Source: an uncultured Clostridia bacterium (GTDB taxonomy: Bacteria; Bacillota; Clostridia; TANB77; CAG-508). From it: a stretch of 64,000 nucleotides of DNA. The stretch covers positions 17,593-81,592 of the forward strand of contig CALXHF010000001.1 in assembly GCA_944388035.1 (NCBI GenBank), in the 5' to 3' direction. Positions 18,990 through 30,713 of this stretch are shown here, piece after piece. The notes beneath the pieces were generated by a model. That model was not told the origin of the DNA and made no database searches. It worked only from the letters and a program-made list of their open reading frames with translations. Each line of letters opens with the position of its first letter. Within the stretch, counting starts at the first letter, position 1. The translations under genes were made by a program, and so were the position numbers.

Positions 18990-19226
18990 ATGCAAGAAAA
19001 AGAGATGAAAGAAATACTAGAAGAATTAAAAGAACAACTTAGTTATTTCCAAGATATTGTAACTGAAGATGAGGTAAGTATTGAAAACAAAAAGTTTTTT
19101 TCTGAAATAAATTGGCATACAGAAGACGAAATTAATTATGCCAAGAAAATTATTCCAGAACTAGAAGCCAAAATTACAGAATTGGAAGATAAAATCACAC
19201 TTGCTAAAATCTTAAAAGAGCTTTAA
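18990..19226 (+). CDS. Small hypothetical acidic protein
   Basis: 78-aa ORF with RBS ggaagg. Followed by a terminator at 19236-19266. Confidence 0.35.
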   Translation: MQEKEMKEILEELKEQLSYFQDIVTEDEVSIENKKFFSEINWHTEDEINYAKKIIPELEAKITELEDKITLAKILKEL

Positions 19227-19235
19227 AGGAAAACA

Positions 19236-19266
19236 GGGAAGAGTTTAATTGCTCTTCCTTTTTTAT
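19236..19266 (+). terminator. Rho-independent terminator (gggaagag / ctcttcc plus T6)
   Basis: Read directly. Confidence 0.5.
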
Positions 19267-19389
19267 AGAAAAATTATTTTTTAATAAAATTTTTAAATAT
19301 AGAAAAAGTGATTGACGAAACAAAAACAAATGTTTTATAATATATATACTTTAAATAAATTTTAAAAAATATAAAAGGATGTGTTGATT

Positions 19390-20289
19390 ATGGAAAATCA
19401 AAAAGAAAAGTTAGAAGAAAAAGAATTAATACAAAATGAAGAAATAAAAAATCTTATTTATACAATAAGAGGAAAACAAGTGATGTTGGACAGTGATGTG
19501 GCTATGCTATATCAGTGTGAAACTAAATATGTTAATAGAGTAGTAAAAAGAAATAAGGAAAGATTTCCGGAAGAGTTTTGTTTTAAATTGACTGAAGATG
19601 AATTCGAAAACTTGAGGTTCCAATTTGACACCTCAAGTTTCGAAAAAAATAATTATGGAGGAAGGAGATACTTACCAAATGTATTCACAGAACAAGGAAT
19701 AGCGATGCTTTCAGCACTATTAAAAAGTAATATAGCAGTTAAAATTAGCATACAGATTATGAAAGCATTTATAGAAATGAGAAAATTTATAATGTCAAAT
19801 GCACAAGTATTTGATAGATTAACAAATGTGGAATATAAGTTAATAGAACACGATAAGAAATTTGATAAAGTGTTTAATGAATTACAAAGAGATGAAAATA
19901 TAAAACAGAAAATATTTTTCAAAGGACAAATATATGATGCATATAGTTTAGTGGTAAAACTAATAAAAAGAGCAAATAAGAAAATAGTAATAATAGATAA
20001 TTATATAGATGATAGTGTATTAGATATATTAATGAAAAAGAAAAAAGATGTAGAAGTAGAAATTGTAACATCAAATAATTGTAAAATAGAAAATTTAGAT
20101 GTAAGTAAATTTAATGAAGAATATCCAAGTTTAAAAATAACGCAAAACAATAAATTTCACGATAGGTTTATACTAATAGATAATAAAGAATTATACCATT
20201 TAGGTGCGTCAATAAAAGATTTAGGTAAAAAATGTTTTGGGATAACAAAAATAGAAGATGAAGACATATTAAATAAATTTGTTGCATAA
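19390..20289 (+). CDS. ORF6N / KilA-N-like domain protein (phage-associated DNA-binding family)
   Basis: The N-terminal IRGKQVMLDSDVAMLYQCETKYVNRVVKRNKERFPEEF matches the ORF6N family. Promoter-like TTGACG...TATAAT at about 19311-19345. Confidence 0.45.
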   Translation: MENQKEKLEEKELIQNEEIKNLIYTIRGKQVMLDSDVAMLYQCETKYVNRVVKRNKERFPEEFCFKLTEDEFENLRFQFDTSSFEKNNYGGRRYLPNVFTEQGIAMLSALLKSNIAVKISIQIMKAFIEMRKFIMSNAQVFDRLTNVEYKLIEHDKKFDKVFNELQRDENIKQKIFFKGQIYDAYSLVVKLIKRANKKIVIIDNYIDDSVLDILMKKKKDVEVEIVTSNNCKIENLDVSKFNEEYPSLKITQNNKFHDRFILIDNKELYHLGASIKDLGKKCFGITKIEDEDILNKFVA

Positions 20290-20450
20290 AAAATTTTAAC
20301 ATTGATTAGTTGTAATTTTTCATCAATTTACTATTGATATTTATAAAATATAAATTTAAAAATTTAAGGTTCCAATTTGGAACCTTTGGTTAAAAAATAA
20401 CTAATAAGCAAAAGGAAGGGAGAGAGTAGAATTTTACTCTCTTCCTTATT

Positions 20451-20639
20451 TTAGGTAAAAAGAATTACTATATTAAAAAAGATAAAAACAATAACTGAAA
20501 AACTAATAACAACAATACCACCTGTTTTATTATCATTTTCTTTAATTTCATAAAGACCATAATAGATTGTTTTTATTAAAACATATAAACTAATTAAAAT
20601 AAATAATAAATCATAAATAAAATTTTGCAAAATAAACAC
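20451..20639 (-). CDS. Small hypothetical membrane protein
   Basis: 62-aa, two-TM ORF downstream of gerAC. Confidence 0.2.
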   Translation of the reverse strand: MFILQNFIYDLLFILISLYVLIKTIYYGLYEIKENDNKTGGIVVISFSVIVFIFFNIVILFT

Positions 20640-20644
20640 CTCTT

Positions 20645-21896
20645 TTAAGTTTCATTAATTAACATACCAGATTTTACTGAAGTTTCTACATTAACATCAA
20701 AAAATGCATTTTTATAAGTTTCTTCCCAATTATAATTTTCGAAATCTGTATTTGTTAAAAAATTTTTAGTAGCAAAAACACCGATTCCATTTATATCTGA
20801 TTTAAAATCTTTAGAAGATTTGTATAAGTAGTCTAAAAATACAGATTTTAAATAAGAATTACAAGAATTAGAAATGATATCTAAAACATTTGGGTCTAAA
20901 TATTTAGAGTTTTCTGTCATAGAATAAACTTGCGCAGTAAAATCAAAATTTATCTTTATAAATGGTGAATTGGTAGAAGTATTTACTTTTATATCTGTAG
21001 AATTTTTTGGTGTAATATAAATATCCAAATAATTATTTTTATCTAATGGGTCTGGAATAGAAATAAGAAATCTATCAACCTTATTTCTAATATTTAGAAA
21101 AGCTATTGTTTCAATCGCAGAAAGTTCACCTACTAATTTATCTTCTTTAAAGACAGCGACACCTAAATTTTCAACTTTATTTTCACCTTCCACAGTAGAA
21201 TCATTTGCTTTTATATCAAAATCATTTTTAAATTTAGTATTAGTATTTATACTAGAATTATTTTTATTAATACCACCGAAGTATTGCATAAGGTTCACAA
21301 GTTTTACAAATTAAACTATTAAAAAAGTCACCAATTGTAGCATTGGGAATATGTCCAACATATTTACTAGACTCTGCTAGAAGTTCGTAATAATTAGAAA
21401 GTAAGTTTTCAATTTCAGGTTTAACCTGCTCCATATAATATTTAGCATTACATTTGCTAATAATAATATTTGCAGAAGGACGAATTTGAGTATCATTTAT
21501 CAATGTGTAAATTTCATCTGAAATACCATTTTTAGCAATCTCTTCAGAAAAAATAATAACTTTACAATGAGATAAATTAAGTTGTCTTCCTTGATAGCCA
21601 TTAACTAAATTAATAGCATTACTAATAGAAGAAGCAGTAACGGTATTAATTATAGGGCTTACCTTTTCACTAGCGCTAGATTCAGCTGGGATGGGATTTG
21701 AAAAGTGAAAACTAACTTCTATTTTGTCATTATCAGAAACATCTACTCCAATTGCTAAAACATATGTTAAATTATCTATACTTAAAGAAGAATAGGAGCT
21801 AGAAAATGCAGAAACAATAACTAAGATAATTATAAAAATAAAAATATTTCTTATCCATTTAACCATCGAGAAGCTCCTTTCTGTTATTAAAATCAT
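20645..21896 (-). CDS. gerAC: Spore germination protein GerAC-like (C subunit), read through an extra sense C (+ strand G 21278; CTT-C-GGT)
   Basis: Two adjacent ORFs (21267..21896 and 20645..21298) together give a GerAC-size protein. Skipping the C joins ...CEPYAIL to GGINKNN.... Lies in the gerAA-gerAB-gerAC order. The start is uncertain (21896 or 21866). Confidence 0.5.
21278..21278 (-). other. Extra sense-strand C site (CTT-C-GGT) in gerAC
   Basis: See that feature. Confidence 0.5.
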
Positions 21897-23007
21897 TATT
21901 TAAATTTTCATTATTTATTTGTTTCTTTTTTGCTATGTTTGCAAAAATAAGAATTCCAAGACCTAAAGCTAAAACAATACCAATTACTAATTTGGGATAA
22001 ATTTTAGTTTCAAATGCTTGTGATATTGCTAAATTTTTAGGAAGTATAGCAATTGCTAAAATCAGAATAGCAAAAATATCTATTAAAGCTTTATTATTAG
22101 TAATATTGGTGATTTTTTGGAAAATGTTTATAGAAAATCTACAAACAATACTTAAATAACAAGCAAAAACCAATATCCAAACAAGTAAAAATATAGATTC
22201 AAGTCTTTGGAAAAAAGTACCAAATTCTATATATCTAGTTGCAGTATAAAGAGGAGATATTTCACTTACATCTGTAAAAAATGTAAATATAAATAAAAGT
22301 GTTGCTATAGTAAAAATTAAATATAAGCTAGTAGTTAAAATAGAAATTATAGATATTTTTTTAAAACTTTTTTCGTCTTTTAAAAGTGGAGGTAAGAAAT
22401 ATAAGTAGGCAATACCACCAAAACAAGCAATATTTGATAATCCTAATACAAAAGTGTTAAATATTCCTTCACCTAATATTGGAAAAATTCTTTGTGGTAC
22501 AAATTTTGTTATATTTGTAAAAAACAAAAACAATACACTAAATAAAGCAATTGGAACAATTATCACATTTGTTTTAATTGCACTATTAGTATTTAATTTA
22601 TTAACAATTACAAGTGCTAATACAAATAAAAAAATGATAAATCTTATATCTGTCATAGGAAAATATAAAATTTGTACACTTTCACAAAAATTTCTAAGAA
22701 TCATACTAGAACTTATTATAAAATAAGTAATAAAAATAAAACCTATAATATTTTTAAAAACTTTTCCACCTATAGTTTCAGAGATATCTATAATATCCAT
22801 AGAAGGAAAATTTTTAAATAATCTATATATTAAGTAAGAAATAGAAACAGCAATGATACTTACAATTATTAAATTTAATATACTAGAAGATTTGTAATTA
22901 CTTAATATATCTGTGGGCATTGCAAGAACTGTATGTGTTATTATTATTGTTAAAATAAGCATAATTGCTTCGATTGTTCCTATTTTGTTATTAGACATAA
23001 ATATCAC
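21859..23007 (-). CDS. gerAB: Spore germination protein GerAB-like (APC-superfamily permease subunit)
   Basis: 382 aa with about 10 TM helices, lying between the gerAA and gerAC homologs. Confidence 0.65.
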   Translation of the reverse strand: MIFMSNNKIGTIEAIMLILTIIITHTVLAMPTDILSNYKSSSILNLIIVSIIAVSISYLIYRLFKNFPSMDIIDISETIGGKVFKNIIGFIFITYFIISSSMILRNFCESVQILYFPMTDIRFIIFLFVLALVIVNKLNTNSAIKTNVIIVPIALFSVLFLFFTNITKFVPQRIFPILGEGIFNTFVLGLSNIACFGGIAYLYFLPPLLKDEKSFKKISIISILTTSLYLIFTIATLLFIFTFFTDVSEISPLYTATRYIEFGTFFQRLESIFLLVWILVFACYLSIVCRFSINIFQKITNITNNKALIDIFAILILAIAILPKNLAISQAFETKIYPKLVIGIVLALGLGILIFANIAKKKQINNENLNNDFNNRKELLDG

Positions 23008-24732
23008 CTCTTTTTATGAAGTTTAGGGTTATACTTCCATTTCATAGAAATTTTATTTTGAGAATCTTCTTTTTTAGTTCCCATATATGGTGGTCTTTCT
23101 TCTCTTTTCCAAATTGGTTCTAACAAATATCCATTTCCTTTAGAATCTATAGTCGGTGCAATTGGAGAAGTAAAAGGTACTCCAAAAGAACTAAGACTAC
23201 AAAGTATAGATATATAACAAAAAAGACCTATACCTATTCCTAAAAAACCTGCCATAAAACCTAATAAAATAAACAAGAATCTAAAATATCTTAAATGGAA
23301 ACCAAAAGAAAAGTCCGGAATTGCAAATGAAGCAATACCTGTAATTGCAACTATAATAATAAGAATAGGACTTACAATACCTGCACTTACAGCAGCTTGT
23401 CCTAATACTAATGCACCAACAATTCCTATTGTTGGACCAATAGGAGAAGGTACTCTTAAACCTGCTTCACGTATTAATTCAAAAGAAATTTCCATAAGTA
23501 GTATTTCTGCTATAATTGGAAAAGGTACACTTGCTCTAGAGGCTAAAATAGAATATAAAAGACTAGTTGGAAGTATCTCTTGGTGAAAACTTGTTATTGC
23601 AACATAAAGCCCGGGGAAGTAATAATGTTATAAAACTTGCTAAAACTCTTAAAATCCTTAAGAAATTTCCAAAATTAACTTTTAAATTACTATCTTCTGA
23701 TGAAGTAAGAAAATCACCTATAACAGCAGGCATAATTATTGCATATGGAGTTCCATTAACTATTGCTAACACCCTACCAGAAAGCAAATATTTACAAGCT
23801 TTATCAGGTCTTTCTGTTGATAAAACTTCTGGTATTCCCAAAATATTTGAATCGACAATTAATTGTTCTAATTCACCAGCAGAAAGAAGAGAGTCAATTT
23901 CTAAATTATTTAACCTATATTTAACTTCATTTACTAAATCTTCATTTGTAATGTTTTGCATATAACAAACAGCACATTTCGTTTTAGTGATTTTACCAAC
24001 ATCTATATTTTCTATAATAAGATTTTCATTATTAATAATTCTTCTAATTAAAGAGGTATTTGTACGTATATTTTCAACAAAAGCTTCGTGTGGTCCTTTT
24101 ATTATGATTTCATTATTAGGCTTATCAACACTTCTTTGCTTAAAGCCTTTTAGTTCTATATCAAAAGCAATATTAATTGTATCAACAAATAAAGCACAAT
24201 TACCAGAATTAATTCCAGAAATAGCTTCTTCAAAAGTAGAGACTTGTTTAACAGAATTTTGTGGAATTAAAGAATTCATTAAGTAATTTGCTAAATTGAA
24301 TTTTTTAACTTTCCTAACAGTAATGTTATTTGTTATAGCTTGTGATACAACTTTATTTTGTGGACCTTCATATAAATTTGATTTATTTTTTAACATTAAA
24401 GGTTTAATAATAAAATCGTTCATTATTTTTGAATCTACCATACCGTCAATGTATAAAATAAATGCTTCATATTGTTTTCCGTGAATATTTATTATAAAGC
24501 TTCTAAGCACAATATCACTATTAATTAACGTATTATATTTTGCTTGCATATATTCTTTGTTTACTTTTATACTTGGAAAAATTTTTTCAGGTCTTTTTTT
24601 ATTATCATCATTATTATTGTTGTTATTATTTTCTTCATATTTATTTTTAATAGAATTATCAGAAATACTGAAATTATATTCTATTTGAGGTTTGTATGAA
24701 AATAATTTATTAAAAACATCTTTTAAACTCAT
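23004..24732 (-). CDS. gerAA: Spore germination protein GerAA-like (A subunit), read through an extra sense C (+ strand G about 23613; CCC-C-GGG)
   Basis: The N-terminal 389-aa ORF carries the GerA signature (...STERPDKA...). The C-terminal TM domain (MEISFELIREAGLRVPSPIGPTIGIVGALVLGQAAV...) is in the -1 frame. Skipping one C of the CCCC run restores TLLLPGLYVAITSFHQEILPTS.... The homopolymer context makes this site the weakest. Confidence 0.6.
23613..23613 (-). other. Extra sense-strand C site (CCC-C-GGG; within a C4 run) in gerAA
   Basis: See that feature. The homopolymer makes this the weakest site. Confidence 0.4.
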
Positions 24733-24893
24733 AATTTTCTCCTAAAATATTATTTCCTAAAAAAGGAAAATTCTTATAAATATATAATTATAAATGTTTT
24801 AAATAGTATAACTAAATTTTATGAAAAATATACTAGTTTTAAACATAAAAAAATGTTATAATATAAAAGATTAGTATAATTAAGGAGTTTTTT

Positions 24894-26024
24894 ATGAAGA
24901 GTAGATTTGCAAGTTTTATAATGATAATTGTTATGATTTTAATAATATGTGCTTTGGTTTTGCTTGGTGTAATTTTTTTCCAAGAGATGGAAGGAGAAGA
25001 AACAGCAAGTATGCCACAAGACTTTGTTGGTAATTATACTAGTAATGATGATACTGTAGATTTAGATAGTATAAAAACACCACAAGTTGTAGAAAATAAT
25101 CCTTTAGATAATATTCAAACTAGTGATAACAATAATGTAAATGTAGATTATAGTAATATTACAATTGATAAATATTTTTATAATCAATTAGAAGAACCTT
25201 CTAAAACTATTTATAAAGCTTTAGAGAGCAATAAAGAAAATATGATAACAGGTACATATAAGATAGAGTTTGGAAATACTTTTTCTGATATATTAGATAG
25301 TGCAGATGGACAAAATGAGCTTGGCGATTATTATCAATCAGCTATAGAAGCATATACTTATGATAATCCAGATGTTTTTTACTTAAGCCCAAGTAAAATG
25401 TATCTAAATATAGAAACAACAACTTTTGGTTCTAGTACAACATATAATGTTTTTATAAATAATGGAAGTGATGCTAATTATTTTACAGATGAATTTTCAA
25501 GTGAAGCAGAAGTAAGAAGTGCAATTAATAGTATAGAACAAGTAAAAAATACTTTAGTATCAAGAAGAACAGGAAATACCTATGAAGATATTAAAATGAT
25601 CCACGATTATTTAGTTGATAATATAGAATATGATACAAGTTTATCTAAAGACAATATTTATGATCTATATGGAGCTTTAGTAAATAGAGTTGCTGTTTGT
25701 GAAGGATATGCTAGATCTTTTAAATATATTTTAGATGAAATGGGTATTTCATCTGTTTTAGTTATTGGTACTGGTACAAATTCAAGAGGCGAAACTGAAA
25801 GACATGCTTGGAATTATGTAGAAATAGATGGAAATTGGTATGCAGTAGATTGTACTTGGGATGATCCTGTAGTTGTAGGTGGGGGAAATTTACCACAAAG
25901 TTCTAAATACAAATATTTCTTAAAAGGTGCAAATGAATTTAACCAAGACCATATATCTAGTGGACAGTTTACAGATGGAGGAAAAGTTTTTTCTTATCCT
26001 AGTTTAAGTAGTAGTTCATATTAA
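24894..26024 (+). CDS. Transglutaminase-like domain protein with N-terminal signal anchor
   Basis: Catalytic-core-like motif VAVCEGYARSFKYIL...HAWNYVEIDGNWYAVDCTWDD (Cys-His-Asp). Confidence 0.55.
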   Translation: MKSRFASFIMIIVMILIICALVLLGVIFFQEMEGEETASMPQDFVGNYTSNDDTVDLDSIKTPQVVENNPLDNIQTSDNNNVNVDYSNITIDKYFYNQLEEPSKTIYKALESNKENMITGTYKIEFGNTFSDILDSADGQNELGDYYQSAIEAYTYDNPDVFYLSPSKMYLNIETTTFGSSTTYNVFINNGSDANYFTDEFSSEAEVRSAINSIEQVKNTLVSRRTGNTYEDIKMIHDYLVDNIEYDTSLSKDNIYDLYGALVNRVAVCEGYARSFKYILDEMGISSVLVIGTGTNSRGETERHAWNYVEIDGNWYAVDCTWDDPVVVGGGNLPQSSKYKYFLKGANEFNQDHISSGQFTDGGKVFSYPSLSSSSY

Positions 26025-26199
26025 AGAATAAATTTTAAATTTTTTATGAAATTTGTTTGATAAAATATATAAATCGAAGTAATACATATTTACTTCGATT
26101 TATTTTTCTATTAAAAATTAAGAAATTCTTAAAAAATACTGTTTTTTTTCAAAAAGTATGATAGAATAAGCTAGAAAATAAAATTAAGGAGAGAAGAAG

Positions 26200-26907
26200 A
26201 TGCAAGAAACAAAATACAAACGAGTATTATTAAAACTAAGTGGAGAAGCATTAGCAGGAGAAAAAGGAACAGGAGTAGATGCTAAAACAGTAGGAGCTAT
26301 TTGTGATAAAGTAAAAGAAGTAGTAGAAATGGGAGTACAAGTAGCAATAGTAGTAGGAGGAGGAAACTTCTGGAGAGGAAGAAACGGACATCAAATGGAA
26401 AGAACAACAGCAGATTATATGGGTATGCTTGCTACTGCAATGAACGGTTTAGCGCTTCAAGATGCATTAGAAGCAAGAGGAATATATACAAGAGTACAAA
26501 CAGCAATAGAAATGAGAGAAATAGCAGAACCGTTTATACAAAGAAAGGCAGAAAAACATTTAAACAGAGGAAGAGTAGTAGTATTTGCCTGTGGTACAGG
26601 ACATCCATATTTTACAACAGATACAGCAGCAGTACTTCGAGCAACAGAAATAAATGCAGATATAATCTTACTTGCAAAAACAGTAGATGGAGTATATGAT
26701 GATGACCCAAAAATAAATTCAAATGCAAAAAAATATGAAGAAGTATCATATATGGAAGTATTAGAAAAAGACTTAAAAGTAATGGACTCAACAGCAATAG
26801 CAATGTGCAGAGACAATCATATGCCACTTCTAGTATTTGGAATAGATGACCCAGAAAATATAGTAAGAGCAGTAAAAGGAGAAAAGATAGGTACAATTGT
26901 AAAATAA
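26200..26907 (+). CDS. pyrH: UMP kinase
   Basis: [12 protein letters not shown]...[10 protein letters not shown], the canonical PyrH. Confidence 0.9.
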   Translation: MQETKYKRVLLKLSGEALAGEKGTGVDAKTVGAICDKVKEVVEMGVQVAIVVGGGNFWRGRNGHQMERTTADYMGMLATAMNGLALQDALEARGIYTRVQTAIEMREIAEPFIQRKAEKHLNRGRVVVFACGTGHPYFTTDTAAVLRATEINADIILLAKTVDGVYDDDPKINSNAKKYEEVSYMEVLEKDLKVMDSTAIAMCRDNHMPLLVFGIDDPENIVRAVKGEKIGTIVK

Positions 26908-26927
26908 TATTTCAAGGAAAATAAAAG

Positions 26928-27566
26928 ATGAACAACAAAAGTGAAGATAAAATAAAAACAAAAGATACTAATAAAAAAACATATACTGAAACATTATTAT
27001 CAATAATAGTTTTAGCATTGATAATAGCAATATTTGTAATATTTTTCCATAAACCTAATATAGTTGATTTTCTAGAACAAATAAAAACAACATATATAAA
27101 TTCTATGTTAATAATATTAAGTTCGATAATAATTTTTAGTATATTAAGTTATTTAATATTAAAAAATAAAAAAACGTTAGTTAAAGTATTAAGATTAGTA
27201 ATAGTATTTAGTATCATATTTCTTATAGCATTTTTCTATATAGAAATAATATTAAATAAAACATATAATAATGAAGAAACATTTGCTAATTTTTATGATA
27301 CAAATTTAAAAGATGAAAATGTAAAAGAAAAAGAACATCTTGATACAATAAATTCATTACTAAATGGAGAACTCAAAACAAAAACAGATAAAGAAGTCTT
27401 TATAGAAAAAAGTTTATCACAATTTTTATATTTTAGAATAAAAGTATATTTATTATTTATATTCTACGTTATAATAATACTAATTCTAACATATCTTATG
27501 TCGAAAATAGATAGAAAAATAAGATATAGAAAAATATTAGAAAAAGACGATAAAATAATATTTTAA
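26928..27566 (+). CDS. Hypothetical membrane protein inserted between pyrH and frr
   Basis: 212 aa with 4-5 TM helices and no recognised family. Confidence 0.4.
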   Translation: MNNKSEDKIKTKDTNKKTYTETLLSIIVLALIIAIFVIFFHKPNIVDFLEQIKTTYINSMLIILSSIIIFSILSYLILKNKKTLVKVLRLVIVFSIIFLIAFFYIEIILNKTYNNEETFANFYDTNLKDENVKEKEHLDTINSLLNGELKTKTDKEVFIEKSLSQFLYFRIKVYLLFIFYVIIILILTYLMSKIDRKIRYRKILEKDDKIIF

Positions 27567-27592
27567 AATTAAATAAAAAGGAGAGATTTATT

Positions 27593-28141
27593 ATGGATTA
27601 TACAAATTTAGAGGAAAAAATGGAAAAAACAGTGGAGGTATTTTCTGAAAAATTATCAGAAGTAAGAGCAGGGCGTGCAAACCCAGCAATATTAAACAAG
27701 ATTAGAATAGACTATTATGGAACACAAACACCAATAAACCAAGTAGCCGCAATATCAGTCCCAGAAGCAAGATTAATAGTTATACAACCTTGGGACATGA
27801 GTGCTTTAAAAGAGATAGAAAAAGCAATACTTGCATCAGATATAGGAATAAACCCAAACAATGATGGTAAAGTAATAAGACTTGCTTTTCCAGAATTAAA
27901 TGAAGAAAGAAGAAAAGAGATAGTAAAAGATATAAGAAAAATGGGAGAAGAAGCAAAAGTAGCTATTAGAAATACTAGAAGAGAAGGAATAGATAAAGCA
28001 AAATCTATGCAAAAAAACAGTGAAATTACAGAAGATGAATTAAAACAAGCAGAAAACGAAATTCAAAAAATGACAGATAAATATATAGAAGAAATAGATA
28101 CAGTTTTAGAGAAAAAAGAAAAAGAAGTAATGTCAGTATAA
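27593..28141 (+). CDS. frr: Ribosome recycling factor
   Basis: 182 aa. Fragments ...LSEVRAGRANPAILNKIRIDYYG... are canonical for Frr. Confidence 0.9.
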   Translation: MDYTNLEEKMEKTVEVFSEKLSEVRAGRANPAILNKIRIDYYGTQTPINQVAAISVPEARLIVIQPWDMSALKEIEKAILASDIGINPNNDGKVIRLAFPELNEERRKEIVKDIRKMGEEAKVAIRNTRREGIDKAKSMQKNSEITEDELKQAENEIQKMTDKYIEEIDTVLEKKEKEVMSV

Positions 28142-28201
28142 TAATAAATATAAGAAAGGGCTAATAAAATATAATATGATATTTTTTAAAAGGAGTACAT
28201 T

Positions 28202-29092
28202 ATGGACTTTAAAAAAGAACTAAAACAATATCAAGAAATTATAAATAAAGAATTAGAAAAATATTTAAGAAAAAAAGATTGCCTAGAAGGAGTACTAAAT
28301 GAGTCAATGGAATATAGTCTAATGGCAGGAGGAAAGAGATTAAGACCAATCCTTGTAATTGCTACATATAAATTATTTGAAGAAAATATTGAAAAATGTT
28401 TTCCATATTGTGTGGCAATAGAAATGGTGCATAATTTTTCATTAATTCACGACGATTTACCAGGAATAGATAATGATGATTTTAGACACGGAAAATTAAC
28501 AAATCACAAAAAATTTAATGAAGCAACAGCAATACTTGCAGGAGATGGTTTACTAAACAATTCTTATATTGTAATTAGTGATGATTTAAAAAACACTGAA
28601 AATAAGTTAGAATTAAATAGAAAATTACAAATATTTGATGAATTTACTATTGCAGTAGATAGAATGATTGCAGGTGAATATGTAGATACAGAATATGAAG
28701 GAAGAAAAGTTTCAAAAGAAGATTTAGACTATATTCATAAAAATAAAACAGGAGCATTACTTAAATTGTGTGTAAGAATGGGGGCAATATTAGGTGGTGC
28801 AAACAAACAAGAATTAGAAAAATTAACAACATATGCAAAGAAAATAGGTTTAGCTTTCCAAATAAAAGATGATATATTAGGAGAAGAAGGAGACGAGAAA
28901 GTCTTAGGAAAGCCTGTTGGAAATGATAAACAATTGGAAAAATGTACATATGTATCTAAATATGGGTTAGAAGATTCTAAGAAAATATTAGATAAAATAA
29001 CAAAAGAAGCAATAGAAAATCTAAGTGGTTTTGGAAATAAAGCAGAATTTTTAAAAAATCTTGCCTTATATATAGAAAATAGGAATAAGTAA
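28202..29092 (+). CDS. ispA: Polyprenyl synthetase (farnesyl / geranylgeranyl diphosphate synthase)
   Basis: First DDxxD motif LIHDDLPGIDNDDFRHGK and second motif FQIKDDILG. Confidence 0.75.
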   Translation: MDFKKELKQYQEIINKELEKYLRKKDCLEGVLNESMEYSLMAGGKRLRPILVIATYKLFEENIEKCFPYCVAIEMVHNFSLIHDDLPGIDNDDFRHGKLTNHKKFNEATAILAGDGLLNNSYIVISDDLKNTENKLELNRKLQIFDEFTIAVDRMIAGEYVDTEYEGRKVSKEDLDYIHKNKTGALLKLCVRMGAILGGANKQELEKLTTYAKKIGLAFQIKDDILGEEGDEKVLGKPVGNDKQLEKCTYVSKYGLEDSKKILDKITKEAIENLSGFGNKAEFLKNLALYIENRNK

Positions 29093-29143
29093 TAAATAAA
29101 GTTTTATAAAGTATAAATAATGTTTTTAAGGAGAAATTAAAAA

Positions 29144-29857
29144 ATGGAATTTGATAAAAATTCAATGCCTAAACATATTGCAATAATAATGGACGGAAAT
29201 AGAAGGTGGGCAAAAAAACAAGGGAAAAATGCAAGCTATGGACATAAAGAAGGTGCAAAGACATTAGAAAAAATAGTTAGATACGCAAATAAAATAGGGT
29301 TAAAATATATTACAGTATATGCATTTTCAACAGAAAATTGGAAAAGAGCAGAAGAAGAAGTAAGTGCACTTATGATGCTTCTTCAAAATTATTTAGATGA
29401 TTATTCAAAAAGAGCAGATACAGAAAATATAAGAGTAAAAATATTAGGAGATATTACAGCTTTATCATCAGGTATGCAAAAATCTATTTTAAAATGTATG
29501 GAAAGAACAAAAGAAAATACGGGTGTTACATTTAATATTGCATTAAATTATGGCGGAAGAGATGAAATAGTAAAAGCTGTTAAAAAGATAGCAGAAGATG
29601 TAAAAGAAGGTAAAATAGATATAAATAATATAAATGAAGAAATGATATCAAATAATTTATATACAGCAGGTATGCCAGACCCAGACTTGTTGATTAGAAC
29701 AAGTGGGGAGTTGCGTCTTAGTAATTTCTTACCTTGGCAAGTAGTATATTCAGAATTTTTATTTGTAGATAAAAACTGGCCAGATTTTAATGAAGAAGAT
29801 TTAGATAATGCAATAATAGAATATCAAAAAAGAACAAGAAAATTTGGAGCAAATTAA
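29144..29857 (+). CDS. uppS: Undecaprenyl diphosphate synthase
   Basis: Motifs HIAIIMDGNRRWAKK and ...LNYGGRDEI.... Confidence 0.9.
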   Translation: MEFDKNSMPKHIAIIMDGNRRWAKKQGKNASYGHKEGAKTLEKIVRYANKIGLKYITVYAFSTENWKRAEEEVSALMMLLQNYLDDYSKRADTENIRVKILGDITALSSGMQKSILKCMERTKENTGVTFNIALNYGGRDEIVKAVKKIAEDVKEGKIDINNINEEMISNNLYTAGMPDPDLLIRTSGELRLSNFLPWQVVYSEFLFVDKNWPDFNEEDLDNAIIEYQKRTRKFGAN

Positions 29858-29878
29858 TATAGAAAAGGAAGGAAAAAT

Positions 29879-30697
29879 ATGGATATAAAAAGAATAACAT
29901 CAGGTTTACTTGGTTTTCCATTAGTATTAATAATTTTAATATTTGGAAACAATATAGTAGTATCAGTAGCTTTAGCAATCATAGCACTTCTTGCTATGAA
30001 CGAATATTTTAATGCAATATCAAAAATAGCAAAACCAGTAAAATGGCTTGGATATTTAAGTTGTATTATAATAGCATTAGTACCAATAATAAAATTAGGA
30101 ATAATACCAGAAAATATAGTAGAAATACTACAAATATTAGCAATTCCACTTGCTTTATTAATATTATTTGCACAAATAATTGCAACAGAAATGAAAACAT
30201 CTTTTAAAGATATATCATATACATTTATTGGAATATTTTATATAGTATTTTTTATAATGTTTGTTGCATTAATTGATTCTATGGAAAACGGTAAAATATT
30301 AATTTGGTATGTTATAATTGCAGCTTGGGGAACAGATATATTTGCATATTTTATAGGAAAGAACTTTGGAAAACATAAATTTAGTAAAATAAGCCCTAAA
30401 AAATCAATAGAAGGATGTATAGCAGGAACAATAGGTGCAATAATATTAATGCTAATATATACTTATATAGCAAATACATTTTGGAATATGAACTATGAAT
30501 ATTGGTTTGTAGCAATAATAGGTGCTGTACTTAGTTTAATAGGACAAATAGGAGATTTTGCAGCATCTAGCATAAAAAGATATGTAGATATTAAAGATTA
30601 TAGTAATCTAATACCAGGACATGGTGGTATGTTAGATAGAATAGATAGTTTAATATTTATAGCACCATTTGCATATATATTATTCACATTAATTTGA
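29879..30697 (+). CDS. cdsA: Phosphatidate cytidylyltransferase
   Basis: 272 aa, multi-TM. C-terminal motif [28 protein letters not shown] is the CdsA signature. Confidence 0.8.
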   Translation: MDIKRITSGLLGFPLVLIILIFGNNIVVSVALAIIALLAMNEYFNAISKIAKPVKWLGYLSCIIIALVPIIKLGIIPENIVEILQILAIPLALLILFAQIIATEMKTSFKDISYTFIGIFYIVFFIMFVALIDSMENGKILIWYVIIAAWGTDIFAYFIGKNFGKHKFSKISPKKSIEGCIAGTIGAIILMLIYTYIANTFWNMNYEYWFVAIIGAVLSLIGQIGDFAASSIKRYVDIKDYSNLIPGHGGMLDRIDSLIFIAPFAYILFTLI

Positions 30698-30713
30698 GGA
30701 GGGTTTTAAACTT

